Below are positions 18,046-28,903 of a stretch of 64,000 nt of DNA, piece after piece. The notes beneath the pieces are model-generated. The model was not told where the DNA came from, searched no databases, and saw nothing but the letters and a program-made list of their open reading frames with translations. Each line of letters begins with the position of its first letter. The stretch's first letter is position 1. The translations under genes were made by a program, and so were the position numbers. The stretch comes from Candidatus Latescibacterota bacterium (GTDB taxonomy: Bacteria; Latescibacterota; UBA2968): assembly GCA_965204375.1 (NCBI GenBank), contig OZ241986.1:2112001-2176000 (forward strand), in the 5' to 3' direction.

Positions 18046-19107
18046 ATGAAACTCGTCGAAACCGATCCCAACTCCGGCACTGAAATCTACCAACTCATTG
18101 ACGATCCCCGCCCCGCCGACAACATCTATGGCGAACAACCCTATTCCTCGGCTGATGGAAGCCGCGTCACAATCCGATATTACCCCCAAAACAACCAAGA
18201 TGGCGGCCTCTCCTTCCTCGACCTCACAGACGGCAGTCTCCACACTGTACTCGCCGAAGCACCCCGTTTCCCCGCCTTTCACGCCTGGGGCGAACACCTC
18301 TACTACCAGCAACAAGACGGGGACGCGCTTGTACTCAAACGCTGCAACTATCAGACCCTCGAAAAAGAAGACATCACAGCTTTGCCAACCGAAGAGGGCC
18401 GATTCAGCTACGGCACCACTTCCCAGGACGGGCGTTACTACGCTGCCAGTGTCCATCCCGAAGGCGGATCGAGCAAAGTCTGGTGTACAGACCTCTCAAC
18501 CGGGAAAAGCGGCACCCTTGCCCAGCGGGAGGACTACCACTTCAAACACGAGCAATTCTCCCTCGACGGCAACAACCGCATCCTCATTCAGGCCAACAAA
18601 ATGCCCGACGTCAAATTCGTCCACCTCGGTGCCCTTGAACCCGACCGCGAAGGCATCACCTGGTTTCCCGTCGATCGCCCCCACACGCCGCGGCCCACCG
18701 GTCACGAAACGTGGATTGGCACAACCGACCACATCTTCATCTCCACTGGGCAAGACGAAGACAGCGAAGGCAATGTCTGGACTGCGGGCTTACGCGACAA
18801 TGCCCCAAATCTGGTCAGCAAAACCCCCCACCGCTTCGGTCACGTCAGCGTCTCCCGCTGTGGCCGATACTGGGTTGGGGACGCCACCCAGGAAGAAAAC
18901 ATCCCCATCCACATCGGTTCTCTCGAATCGGGTCGTCACAAATGCCTCGTCCTCAGCCGCACTGAACACGATAGCAACCAGTGGTCGCACACCCATCCTT
19001 ACATGACCTCTGACAATGCGTGGCTCATCTACACCTCCACCCGCAGCGGCCACCCCCAGGTCTATGGTGCAAAAATTCTACAGGAGTTCTTAGATAGTCT
19101 TTTATAA
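18046..19107 (+). CDS. Oligogalacturonate lyase-like / TolB-like beta-propeller protein
   Basis: DPNSGTEIYQLID N-terminus, GHETW, HTHPYMTSDNAWLIYTSTRSGHPQVY C-terminus; AGGAG RBS. Confidence 0.7.
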   Translation: MKLVETDPNSGTEIYQLIDDPRPADNIYGEQPYSSADGSRVTIRYYPQNNQDGGLSFLDLTDGSLHTVLAEAPRFPAFHAWGEHLYYQQQDGDALVLKRCNYQTLEKEDITALPTEEGRFSYGTTSQDGRYYAASVHPEGGSSKVWCTDLSTGKSGTLAQREDYHFKHEQFSLDGNNRILIQANKMPDVKFVHLGALEPDREGITWFPVDRPHTPRPTGHETWIGTTDHIFISTGQDEDSEGNVWTAGLRDNAPNLVSKTPHRFGHVSVSRCGRYWVGDATQEENIPIHIGSLESGRHKCLVLSRTEHDSNQWSHTHPYMTSDNAWLIYTSTRSGHPQVYGAKILQEFLDSLL

Positions 19108-19120
19108 GCCTTCAAAACCC

Positions 19121-21088
19121 TCACCATCCATGTACCCCATGCCCCGCATCTGGAAACCAGATTATATCCACCACCTTGGAGACCCCAATCCCGAACAAAT
19201 ACCCCACAATCGCCCCGTACCAAAACGGCAGTGACCGCCGGTAAAGACTCACGCCCCCAAACTGGATGACAAAGGTCTTCATCAACCACACAATCAGCAA
19301 ACAAAACCCGTATCGCCCCACAGGCAAAGCAATCGCCGCCGGATGAAACGGCCACCAGGAGACCCGCGCCTTCAAATAAGTCAGCACCCCTGCCTCTGCA
19401 AATCCAAAAAGCCACACTCCCAACTTCTGCGGATCGAACACCGTCAGCTTGCTCCCCTCAATCAACGACACCCTGCCCATCAGCACACCCCAGTCCCACA
19501 GCGCCATGTGCCCGTTCAGACCGCCCTCGGTATAACACCGGTAAAGCTGCGCGCCCACAGAAGCCACAAAACCCGTCACAAACGCCACCGGGATACAGCC
19601 CCAGATCAGCGGATGCCGCCGCAGGTGATCGCCCAACATCCGAAAAAAATGCGTCACCGACGGGATACACGTAATCCGGATCGGCACGCCGCAAAGCGCA
19701 TTGCTATTCACCAGCCAGATAGACGTCTGTGTCGCAGGTGGCAGATTCGACGTTCCACCCAGCGATAGGAGCACATCGGCTCCCTTCCCCCCCGCAGGAG
19801 ACAAAAAAATAAATCCCGTAGTCGCCGCGTATTTGGTAATCCCAAAAAAACAGATAAACAGCAACAATAACTGCACCAGCATCACGGGAAACCGCATCCC
19901 GGCAGACACCATCCACCCGCCCAAAAACACCGCCGAAGACAACAGCCCCAGCCACGCCGTACGATAAGAAACCGGAGTCCCGTCATCGTCCTCTCGCCTC
20001 CTTTCAAACGCCTTTTGCAGCGTCTCCCGCAAATGCCCTCTGGCGACCCACACCGACCATCCCACCAGAAAAACCAGCGCCCCGTGCGATTCCAGCATCG
20101 CGATCTCCCCGCCCATCGCTGGCTGCCCGGGCAAACCCACCGTAAACCCCGTGCGGTTCAGCAACCCCTTTTTCAAAATATTCACAAAATCGTAAAACCA
20201 GAAACTGAACAAAATATCCAGCGGGCATAAATACGCCAGCCCCATAATCATCGGCTGCACCCGCAAAAAATAATCCGGAAAATGATGTCCCAGGGGCACG
20301 GCTTTGTACGTCGTCGAATAAAACAGGGTAATAGGCGGCAAGCTGAGCGCGAAATACCCGATAATATTCCAGCCAATAATCCCCGCCACAAAACTGAACC
20401 CAATCCAGAACACCTTGTTCTTAAACACATCCGGCACCCGACTGCCCGCAGACTGCCTCAGCATATCCATCGGAAACGTCGCCATCGGGAAAACCAGCCG
20501 CTCCTTCTCGTGCCACTGTTTGTAAAAAATTACACTCGAAAAAAAACCCGCCCCAACCAGCGACAAACACGCCATCAACCACCAGAACAGCGGCCGTACC
20601 CAGGCTAACCACGGGATAGCCCCATCCACCTCCACCCCGGTAAACAACTGCCCGATCACCGCCTCCGATTCTTCTGGAAACAGCCAGCGCGGGAAATAGG
20701 GCATCACCACCTCTCGCATCCGGTTCTCAGGCGAGGCATAGTGAGCCGGAGCTGCTATATCGGTCACCATATACATCGCCCACCCAATACCCGGCAAATT
20801 CCCCACCAGCCACACCATGAAAAACACCGTCAACATCTCCATTCGGGACAGTGCCCACCCCCGCGCAAACAGCTTCAACACCGTATTGATCCCCAGCCAA
20901 ACCACAAACGGCAGAGCCACGGCTACGGGCATGTAATTCTTCACCAGATTCCGTCCGAAATAGGACATGAAAAGCGCCATCCCCACAATCGTGAGCACAC
21001 CTATCACCAGCGCGCGTCCCGTCACCCGTTCGCGGAGTGCCCCGGCCCGTTCTTCCACCACCTGCTTTTTATCGGCGGCAATGCTCAT
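19121..21088 (-). CDS. DUF6785/DUF6784-family multi-pass membrane protein (putative transporter)
   Basis: Many TM segments; YASPEN, KQWHEKERLVFPMATFP, LDILFSFWF, WWPFHP; paralogue at 56077-58053. Confidence 0.8.
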   Translation of the reverse strand: MSIAADKKQVVEERAGALRERVTGRALVIGVLTIVGMALFMSYFGRNLVKNYMPVAVALPFVVWLGINTVLKLFARGWALSRMEMLTVFFMVWLVGNLPGIGWAMYMVTDIAAPAHYASPENRMREVVMPYFPRWLFPEESEAVIGQLFTGVEVDGAIPWLAWVRPLFWWLMACLSLVGAGFFSSVIFYKQWHEKERLVFPMATFPMDMLRQSAGSRVPDVFKNKVFWIGFSFVAGIIGWNIIGYFALSLPPITLFYSTTYKAVPLGHHFPDYFLRVQPMIMGLAYLCPLDILFSFWFYDFVNILKKGLLNRTGFTVGLPGQPAMGGEIAMLESHGALVFLVGWSVWVARGHLRETLQKAFERRREDDDGTPVSYRTAWLGLLSSAVFLGGWMVSAGMRFPVMLVQLLLLFICFFGITKYAATTGFIFLSPAGGKGADVLLSLGGTSNLPPATQTSIWLVNSNALCGVPIRITCIPSVTHFFRMLGDHLRRHPLIWGCIPVAFVTGFVASVGAQLYRCYTEGGLNGHMALWDWGVLMGRVSLIEGSKLTVFDPQKLGVWLFGFAEAGVLTYLKARVSWWPFHPAAIALPVGRYGFCLLIVWLMKTFVIQFGGVSLYRRSLPFWYGAIVGYLFGIGVSKVVDIIWFPDAGHGVHGW

Positions 21089-21104
21089 ATCCCAATGCTT
21101 TCAC

Positions 21105-22373
21105 TCATCGCAATTGCTCCAGCAATCCCAAAGCCGCATCGACAATCTGCTCGCCACACCCCGGTGCAAAGACGCTCGCCTCCGGCTCATATCCCCCTTC
21201 TTCATAAGACTGCCTCGTCGGCAAATAACCCACCGAATCATTGGCCAGTTCGATCACTATCGTCTGCGAAAACGGTGACCGGGCTTTCAAATCCAATCCC
21301 AACTCCACCAACAACTCCCCCGGCACAGCCGCAATCCCCAGGTCCCCAATGCGAAGTGCCTGCACCCATGTCCGCACCCGATCCGGCACATCGGTCATGC
21401 GCCTGGTTATTCGTCGCACAAAAGCGCGCTCGGCCATCGTGGGACGCGCCATATTTTCAATCTCCCTCACCCGCGCCATATCGACCTCCGAAGGTGCTGG
21501 CTTGCGTGCCAGAACCACCTCTTGCATCGCCGCTCCAAGAGACACATCGGATGCAAAATCCATCTCATTCCACACCCACAAAACACCCGCTGCAATCAGC
21601 CCCGCCACGCGTTCTGCATGCAGAGAACGGTCTTTCACAGGACGCCTATCCCCCAGCACATCTATATTATTGATATCTCCACACGCGCCATTTGAAAGCG
21701 CCGCGACAAAAGAGGCATTCCGCATCCGCTGAATCAGCGTTGAAAAAATTCCAAAATAATCCGCGGAGATCGAATAAGTGGATTCGGGCATACCGATATA
21801 ATGCAGCGCGTAATTGGCCAGCAAACCAATCGCCCCCCCATCAACCCCCTGCAAACACACCACGCCAATCTCCGGATCAATCGGTCCCATTGGCGCCACC
21901 ACATCGGGATTGCCCACCCCCGGATTCGTGCGCACCGATCCATCGCCCATGCGATAGCGGCGGTTAAAAACCACGCGGTCCTCCAACGTCTGCCCAAATC
22001 CCACCTGTGCAGGCTTTCGCTCCTGCCACGCCAGCCTGACCGCATCGGCGATCCGATCAATTAAAAACGCCGTATAAGCATCATCGCCCGTGACCGCCCC
22101 CGTGTGGGTATGCGTGCAACAAATCAAAACCCGTTCCGCACTCAGTTCCGTCTCCACAGCGATCCGTTCCTTCGCGCGGTCCAGATAATCTCGCTTCACC
22201 CCGATCAAATCGCACACCACAATCGCCACGCCTTCCCCTTCTCGTTCCACCACAAAACTGCGCACATGCAATGGATCGCGCACCTTCTCTGCAAACCGAT
22301 CCTGAAACGATCCCGGAATCATCGTACCCAGCGGTGGTGTAATATCCAGACATGCAGCTCCTGCGGTGATCAT
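21105..22373 (-). CDS. Neutral/alkaline ceramidase-like amidohydrolase
   Basis: Start 22373 after AAGGAG; DITPPLG, DPLHVR, CTHTHTG, NYALH, ISADY, NGACGDIN, PGE, GYLP...GGYE. Confidence 0.8.
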   Translation of the reverse strand: MITAGAACLDITPPLGTMIPGSFQDRFAEKVRDPLHVRSFVVEREGEGVAIVVCDLIGVKRDYLDRAKERIAVETELSAERVLICCTHTHTGAVTGDDAYTAFLIDRIADAVRLAWQERKPAQVGFGQTLEDRVVFNRRYRMGDGSVRTNPGVGNPDVVAPMGPIDPEIGVVCLQGVDGGAIGLLANYALHYIGMPESTYSISADYFGIFSTLIQRMRNASFVAALSNGACGDINNIDVLGDRRPVKDRSLHAERVAGLIAAGVLWVWNEMDFASDVSLGAAMQEVVLARKPAPSEVDMARVREIENMARPTMAERAFVRRITRRMTDVPDRVRTWVQALRIGDLGIAAVPGELLVELGLDLKARSPFSQTIVIELANDSVGYLPTRQSYEEGGYEPEASVFAPGCGEQIVDAALGLLEQLR

Positions 22374-22395
22374 AGAACACTCCTTTGAAAAAATT

Positions 22396-24600
22396 CTACG
22401 CCTTCCCCATTGCTTGTAGTGATCGCCACGAATGAATCCCCGTCCGCCCCCAGGCCATCTCGGAAGGTACCGACTCATTGCCCGCCCGATCTACGGCCGT
22501 CACGCGATAATAATACGTTGTCGAACACCAGTAGGGCGTGGCCGAAGGCAACCCCCAGTCAATCCATCTCGGCTCTGAGGGCGAGGCAATCAGTGTGCGC
22601 TGATCGCAGACAAAATTGGGATCCGTACTGGCGTACACATTGTAGTGATGGAAATCCGAATCCGATACAGGTGCCCAGGTCACCTGTAATTCCGACACAT
22701 CGCCAGTCTCCACTTCTACCCCCGTCACCTGTGCCGGAGGCATCGCGTCTTCCCCACCCTTTTCGGAAGGAATATATGCGGCATCATCAGTCAGCAGCAA
22801 TTGATCCAGCTTCACATCCCGATTTGATGTTGCCGCCGTCAACACATGCGCATCCCCATCCAGATTCAGCACAACAGGTCTCCCGCGTGCGTCCAGAACC
22901 CGCACCCATCCCCAATCATCCACCACAGCCTCACAGCACCCCACCTCCCGGTCATCGCACCGTATATTGAATCCCAAAATGTGACCATGTTTTCCCGCCA
23001 CCCGCGCCCACAGACCATAGGCCCCGGACCTCGGCACATCCACATCCATGTGTACCCGCCCCGACTGCTCATTATCCTTCAACGCCACAAAATACAGATT
23101 GGACGCTCGTCCATCGAACTGGTCGGTTAACCCTTCTCGCCGCCCCAGTTCCGGTTCGATAAATAGCCGCACAGGCTCTTCTCGCGGCCCACTTCCCAAC
23201 CGCACTTCAGCAGAAGGTCGCCCCTCCAGCCCGGAATATTCCACCATCGCCACCCGGTAAAACGCCGTGCCCTCCCTGTGCGTTCTGTCTTCAAAAGCTT
23301 CACCGGTCACAATCCCCTCACTGATCTGCTCAAATCCCTCGCCCGATTCTCGACTTCGGTACACGTAATATCCCTTCAACTCTTTTGAGCGCGTGGGACG
23401 CTCCCACGCCAGTTCTACTCCCTGATTGCCCAATTCGGCCCGCAATCCCACGGGTGGATCGGGTCTTTTCAACACAGCCACATACACCTCGCCCCATAGC
23501 CCCACCATATCCGAATCAAAAACCACCTTGGTCCCATCGGGACTTACAATCGGCGCCGGATGTGTGGACTCGGCATCCGGATGCATCGCTCCCCAGCCCT
23601 GATAGGAGCTATTGTGGTGACAGATCTGGTGAATCCGCCCCCGCTCTTCAGTATGAATCAGCAAAATCTGATTGGCGTATGGGCCTCTATCCGTCACATC
23701 TGAAACAATCCACTCGTTGTCAAAACTCCATCCCCCGTGCATGCCACCCGACAGATTGACGACTTGTCGCCTGTTCGTGCCATCTTTGTCCATTACCCAG
23801 ATACTCGACTCTGAAGCATAAGACCATGCGTGCCCATCGTGCGCCCAATCCGGATGTCCCGCCTGTCCACAGGGCAACTCTGTTTTATCCGTTCCATCCG
23901 CCTGGATGATATAACTGCCCAGCCTCACCTCTTTGACTGGATCGTTCAAATTGTAAAAGATGGAATAATCTGCCCCCCGCGTGAACCGCAGCCGGTGAAT
24001 ATTGCCCTCAATGGGTACTGCTCGCTGTTTTCCGCTCTGGATATCGATCAGATAAACCGTCCACACCTTTTGATCCGGGTCCTTTCGCCCCCGCACCAGA
24101 AGTTTCTTCTCATCGCTGCTCGGCGGACAAAATTCCACGTTGTGTTGCAGATCTACCGACGCGAGTTCTCGGCTTTTTCCCGTCTTTACATCGACTGAAC
24201 AGAACGCCGTCCGAGAGCCGCGATTAGCGGAATAATACATCAAGTCCGGCTTCAAACCACTCCACAAAGGCCGCGGCACCCGTCCTTCTTCACCGCGAAT
24301 ATGCAATTCTCGAATCCGCCCTCCATCCGCATCCATAAGCCAGTTTCCCCCGTGTTCGCCCGGCCGCCGCGATACAAAAAACAATGCGGAACCATCGGCA
24401 TTCCACGCTGGAATATCGTAATAAATATGCCGCGAAATCGCCGGATCGTGCGTCAGTTTCCACACCTCGGCCTGCGTTCCCCTATCCCGAAAAATCGTGC
24501 GCTCAGACGGGTAAGCATCTCCATTTTTCAGCTTCTCATACGGCTTGTGCCCGTCCCGCACCGAAAGTGCCTCCAGGTTGTGTGAGCGGTCAATAGCCAT
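22396..24600 (-). CDS. Oligogalacturonate lyase-like beta-propeller with Fn3 domains
   Basis: EVWKLT...HIYY...WNADG; THPAPIVSPDGTKVVFDSD; two Fn3-like modules (GYYVYRS, YYYRVTAVDRAGNES); no signal peptide. Confidence 0.7.
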   Translation of the reverse strand: MAIDRSHNLEALSVRDGHKPYEKLKNGDAYPSERTIFRDRGTQAEVWKLTHDPAISRHIYYDIPAWNADGSALFFVSRRPGEHGGNWLMDADGGRIRELHIRGEEGRVPRPLWSGLKPDLMYYSANRGSRTAFCSVDVKTGKSRELASVDLQHNVEFCPPSSDEKKLLVRGRKDPDQKVWTVYLIDIQSGKQRAVPIEGNIHRLRFTRGADYSIFYNLNDPVKEVRLGSYIIQADGTDKTELPCGQAGHPDWAHDGHAWSYASESSIWVMDKDGTNRRQVVNLSGGMHGGWSFDNEWIVSDVTDRGPYANQILLIHTEERGRIHQICHHNSSYQGWGAMHPDAESTHPAPIVSPDGTKVVFDSDMVGLWGEVYVAVLKRPDPPVGLRAELGNQGVELAWERPTRSKELKGYYVYRSRESGEGFEQISEGIVTGEAFEDRTHREGTAFYRVAMVEYSGLEGRPSAEVRLGSGPREEPVRLFIEPELGRREGLTDQFDGRASNLYFVALKDNEQSGRVHMDVDVPRSGAYGLWARVAGKHGHILGFNIRCDDREVGCCEAVVDDWGWVRVLDARGRPVVLNLDGDAHVLTAATSNRDVKLDQLLLTDDAAYIPSEKGGEDAMPPAQVTGVEVETGDVSELQVTWAPVSDSDFHHYNVYASTDPNFVCDQRTLIASPSEPRWIDWGLPSATPYWCSTTYYYRVTAVDRAGNESVPSEMAWGRTGIHSWRSLQAMGKA

Positions 24601-24619
24601 GTCAAATCTCCTTTTTTAT

Positions 24620-25477
24620 TCAATCCAATCCAAACTGCCGCTTCAAAAATTCAACCGTCTCCCTGTAAAACCGCGCCTGAATCGCCCCTTGATCCTCCTC
24701 CAACACATCCTCCCGCATCCGCACCACGCATTCCACACCCAGCGCATCCATCTTCTCCTTCAGCGCCAGCCCGAATATCGGATGGTGAATCCCCTGCCCC
24801 GCGTCTGGCTCGGTGTCCATTGGCAAATTTGGCGTGGTGTACCACAACATCACAGGCGGCGCATCTTTAGACACATAATTGATTGCCGAAGCTGCTTTAA
24901 ACATCGCCCGTGCCTCCGGCTTATCGAATTCCTCAGGTGAAAATCCAAAAAATAGCTGTAGTGCCTCGTGTGCATACGCCGGTCCCGAAATAATCGTCCG
25001 AATAAAATGCGGATCGTACGAACACTGCCCCTGCCACGACGCCACGCACGTCAGCCGCGTGGATTGTCGGGCCACCGGATCTTCGCTTTCTGACTTCGCT
25101 TCTTCCCCGCGAAACCCGATCCACATCGAAATCCCGGCTCCAGCAGATCCCCCTCCGGCCGCCACCCGAGAAGCGTCTAAATTCCACTCTTCTGCCTTCC
25201 ACCGGATAAACTGAATTGCCCGCTGGCTGTGCTCCATCGCCGCCGGATACCGGTCCGTTCCCGAAAGCGGATAATTGATCGCCGCCACCGAAATACCCGC
25301 CTCATGGCATCCTTCCAGCAACACCTGCGAAATACTTGCTTTGTCTCCACCCCGAAATCCCCCGCCGTGAATATACACATACACCGGTGCCGGATCTTTC
25401 GAATCCACTTGATACAGATCCACCACATCCCGCTCGTGATCCCCATACGCCACATCTCGAAAAGTCGGTTCGTCCAT
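24620..25477 (-). CDS. Alpha/beta hydrolase (HSL-like esterase)
   Basis: YIHGGGF oxyanion motif and GGSAG nucleophile elbow. Confidence 0.9.
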   Translation of the reverse strand: MDEPTFRDVAYGDHERDVVDLYQVDSKDPAPVYVYIHGGGFRGGDKASISQVLLEGCHEAGISVAAINYPLSGTDRYPAAMEHSQRAIQFIRWKAEEWNLDASRVAAGGGSAGAGISMWIGFRGEEAKSESEDPVARQSTRLTCVASWQGQCSYDPHFIRTIISGPAYAHEALQLFFGFSPEEFDKPEARAMFKAASAINYVSKDAPPVMLWYTTPNLPMDTEPDAGQGIHHPIFGLALKEKMDALGVECVVRMREDVLEEDQGAIQARFYRETVEFLKRQFGLD

Positions 25478-25501
25478 TGTTCCCCCTTGAAAATCAAAAA
25501 C

Positions 25502-27772
25502 CTACCTTTTAACCCAGATTGGACTCGACCATGCGAAATCGCCCTGTGCCACCTGCAAATTACCACAGCGCCCACCCATCGGCATCCGGCGAAGCGGCTT
25601 TAGTCTAACCTGTAAATAATAAAAATGTTCTCCAACATCTGGCTCGTCCTCAAACCTCAAAACGGCCTGTTGCTTTCCGACCCCTTGCTCCAGCACCTGC
25701 TCTCCATCTCTGAACAGCGCGACCTGCTGCACCATTCGGGATGCCTGCACCTTGCAAATTAAGTGTACCTGTCCGGCCACCTCCACCTCCGATCCCATGG
25801 GCATTCCGTTCACCCGCACATCCAGCATAACACGAGCACCGTTGGTGGCAAAACACCGCCGTGCCCACAGAGCTTCAAATAGTGCCTCTCGGGTTAGAGC
25901 CTCTGCCCACACACCCGTCAGAGCACCGCCCATCCCGGGCACAATCCGATGGGAATCGCTATTCCCCATAAACGCCAGGCGATAGCCCTGCCGCAGTGTT
26001 TCTGGAATCGTATCCCGCATGTGAATGTAAATATCCCAGCACGAACACAGTTCCACGCCCCCGAGCCGACTGCTCGGAATCACCCACCAGGTGGGATGGT
26101 GCGGAAATGTAAAAGCCCGCGTCTTTTCCATCGCTGCCACCCACTTCTCCAGTGTATCCGCATCGGACTCGGTAAAATGATACAGCGGCACTTCTCCGTC
26201 CGGAAATAGCATAATCCGATGATTCGGTCCGCGCTCTGATTCCTTGCGATAGGTGCGCTCATAGGCGGGGACGGCCACAAACCGTCCCGGATCGTTAAAG
26301 TGATCGGCCTCCGCCAGGATCAACTCGAGCTCTGATGGCGTGAGAATATTATCGTAAAGCGCATCATTATCCGTCACCGCCATAAAATCCAGCCGTGCTT
26401 TGTAGCGCCCATACGCGTAATTCTCGTCGATCTCGCCCTCTGCATCACCCGACAGATTGCCGTGGCAATGGAGGTCCCCCCAGTAAAGTTTATAGGTCTT
26501 TCCCCCCACCACTATTTCAGGCCGTTGATCAAACACAGGCGGTTCGGGCAGTTGGATCGGCCGCCATGATCGCCAGGCCGAGACCGGGCGTTCCTCCACG
26601 GGCTGCGCCTGATCCAATGGCAAACTCCCGGCACAGATATCCGCATAATATCGCCCCTCGGAAATCTGGGCGGCAAAAGGCAACCTCCCATCCACCACCG
26701 GCAAATCTCCGTTCACCGTATAGGCGTGTACCTGCCCATCCACCTCGCAGGACCGCCCCTGATTTCTCCCGGTCAGGGGCCGAGCGTAAAACAGCGCATC
26801 CGGACCGTGCCGGTTGACCAACTCGTCTTCTTTACGCTCATAAAGAACCCAGACATCCCCATCCGTTTCCCTCACAATCTGCGGACGACGACGCCACCCC
26901 ACAAACCCCATATAATGCTCGCGCCCCAGCAATCCATCGTAGAGATGCGCCACATACCCCTCGGGCATAGTGCGATCCGGTCCCCTATAGGGTGTCCAGG
27001 ATCGACCGTCAAAATGCGAAGCCATCGCCTCCACTTTGTGATCTACAAATCCCTTGGGATGGATCACATCGCGCGTGACCGCCCACGTCGCCCAGACCCC
27101 GTCTGATCCGTCGGAACACAACCTCGGAAACAACTCCCAGTCATCTGTAAGCGAAAACTTTCCCAGTCGTTCCACCCCATCCGGCGTCCACTTCCTCAAA
27201 AACAAATCACAGACTCCATTTCGGAGCGTCTGGTAAGCCACCCAAGCACCCCCGGCATGACCACACAGCACGGGCCGATAGTGATCTCCTCCACCCTGCG
27301 ACAGATCCACGACATCAGCCCAGCGATTCCCATCCAGACACCTCCCAAATACCCGACGTCTCCTACCCACCAGCGCTGTCCAGGCCACCCATATCCTGCC
27401 CTCACTGTCCGAAGTCACATTTGGGAAAGCCAGACTCGCATCCGCCTCTGCCAGTCGCACCACCTCGCCCATTTCGTCTGCCGATCGGGCCAGCACACAC
27501 CACCGCCCCTCCCGCACAGCGCACCATACCGCCCACACCGCATCGCCCCCGCACGCAATTCGCGGCTGAAAATTGATCCCCGCCTCTTCGCTCACTGTCA
27601 GCAAAGGACCTCGCGCCTGCCCTTTAAAAGACCGCACCAGAATCCGGTCTTCTTTGGGCCTATACCCGTGCCAGGCCACCCAGAACCGGTCAGAACCATC
27701 TACAGTCAGCGCCGGATCTTTATCGACATGCCCGCGGCGATGCTCTGACAATCGAATTTGCAAACGCTCCAT
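25502..27772 (-). CDS. PHP-like metallohydrolase (DUF3604 / CehA-McbA-like) with N-terminal propeller repeats
   Basis: Start 27772 (MERLQIRL, GGAG RBS); YWGDLHCHGNLSGD, LDFMAVTD, GNSDSH, ARRCFATNG, AWSSPIW. Confidence 0.75.
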   Translation of the reverse strand: MERLQIRLSEHRRGHVDKDPALTVDGSDRFWVAWHGYRPKEDRILVRSFKGQARGPLLTVSEEAGINFQPRIACGGDAVWAVWCAVREGRWCVLARSADEMGEVVRLAEADASLAFPNVTSDSEGRIWVAWTALVGRRRRVFGRCLDGNRWADVVDLSQGGGDHYRPVLCGHAGGAWVAYQTLRNGVCDLFLRKWTPDGVERLGKFSLTDDWELFPRLCSDGSDGVWATWAVTRDVIHPKGFVDHKVEAMASHFDGRSWTPYRGPDRTMPEGYVAHLYDGLLGREHYMGFVGWRRRPQIVRETDGDVWVLYERKEDELVNRHGPDALFYARPLTGRNQGRSCEVDGQVHAYTVNGDLPVVDGRLPFAAQISEGRYYADICAGSLPLDQAQPVEERPVSAWRSWRPIQLPEPPVFDQRPEIVVGGKTYKLYWGDLHCHGNLSGDAEGEIDENYAYGRYKARLDFMAVTDNDALYDNILTPSELELILAEADHFNDPGRFVAVPAYERTYRKESERGPNHRIMLFPDGEVPLYHFTESDADTLEKWVAAMEKTRAFTFPHHPTWWVIPSSRLGGVELCSCWDIYIHMRDTIPETLRQGYRLAFMGNSDSHRIVPGMGGALTGVWAEALTREALFEALWARRCFATNGARVMLDVRVNGMPMGSEVEVAGQVHLICKVQASRMVQQVALFRDGEQVLEQGVGKQQAVLRFEDEPDVGEHFYYLQVRLKPLRRMPMGGRCGNLQVAQGDFAWSSPIWVKR

Positions 27773-27801
27773 ACTCCGCAATCCTCTCGTGAAACGTCCC
27801 C
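27714..27801. repeat. Direct repeat copy A (5' end and RBS of the metallohydrolase gene)
   Basis: Aligns by eye at roughly 85-90% identity with 29708-29792. Confidence 0.9.
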
Positions 27802-27812
27802 TTCCAAAAACA

Positions 27813-28850
27813 CTACGGTATTTGAAATTTTCGGAACTTTGTCCGAAACCTCGGTGTTTCAAGCACATCACGGTTCACCACGGCCTCGGGAATCTCACCC
27901 CGAAGAATCTGCGCGGCCTGGCGGAATTTATCGCGCCAAGCTCCTTCAAAGTATTCATCGGTATGCCCCAGAGAGTGCGGGGATACAACGACATTGTCCA
28001 TTTTGAGGATCGGATTGCCGGGATTGACGGGCTCCTGTTCGAACACATCCAATCCGGCCCCTCGAATCCATCCCTGCTGCAGCGCCTGAATGAGCGCGGC
28101 TTCGTCGACTACGGGGCCGCGCGAGGTGTTGATCAGGTAGGCCGTGGATTTCATTTTGCGCAATTCTTCTTTCCCAATCAGATGGTGTGTCTCTTCTCTA
28201 AATGGAACGCTGATGCTCAGGAAGTCGGACTCGGCCAGAATCGTATCCATATCTACCAGGTCTGCGCCGATATCGGACAAGGCGTCCTGTTCTACGTAGG
28301 GGTCACAGGCCAGGTGCCGCATCCCAAACGGCCTGGCCAGTAAAAACATCTCGTGGCCGATATTGCCGACGCCGATGGAACCGAGGGTCTTGCCGGTCAG
28401 GCCTTCACCGTGATACGCATCCCGTTCCGACCAGTGTCCCTGGCGGGTTATTCTGTCTTTGTTAATCAGTCGCATCGCGAGCGCCAGAATGAAGGTGATG
28501 ATAGTACAGGCCATTGGCCGGCGAACCGCGTCGGGAGCAAAGCAGAGCATGACGCCCGCATGGGTGAGAGCCCGAACATCAATGTGGTCGTATCCCACGC
28601 CGGTGTAGAGGACTGCGACCAGTTGGTCGTTTCCCGCAAGTGAGCACTTTGTCCAGTGAGCGGTCCAGGAGATGACCATGTCGCATCCACGTATCTGTTC
28701 GGCGCCGACTTCCGGCAGAAACCGATCGAATATCCGGTACTCGACTTCGGGCATCTCATTGAGCAGTTCCAGCCCCGGGCCGGGAATGGCCAGATTTCCG
28801 GCCGGATCGAAGAAATCTCTGGTAATTCCGAGTCTGACTTTCCTCTCCAT
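27813..28850 (-). CDS. D-isomer-specific 2-hydroxyacid dehydrogenase
   Basis: GVGYDHID, GSIGVGNIG Rossmann motif, LINTSRGPVVDE, GAGLDVFEQEP, SPH. Confidence 0.92.
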   Translation of the reverse strand: MERKVRLGITRDFFDPAGNLAIPGPGLELLNEMPEVEYRIFDRFLPEVGAEQIRGCDMVISWTAHWTKCSLAGNDQLVAVLYTGVGYDHIDVRALTHAGVMLCFAPDAVRRPMACTIITFILALAMRLINKDRITRQGHWSERDAYHGEGLTGKTLGSIGVGNIGHEMFLLARPFGMRHLACDPYVEQDALSDIGADLVDMDTILAESDFLSISVPFREETHHLIGKEELRKMKSTAYLINTSRGPVVDEAALIQALQQGWIRGAGLDVFEQEPVNPGNPILKMDNVVVSPHSLGHTDEYFEGAWRDKFRQAAQILRGEIPEAVVNRDVLETPRFRTKFRKFQIP

Positions 28851-28903
28851 ATATTCTCTCCTGAATTCTTAGGCGATATAACGATTGGGCATCCTTATGC
28901 CGT

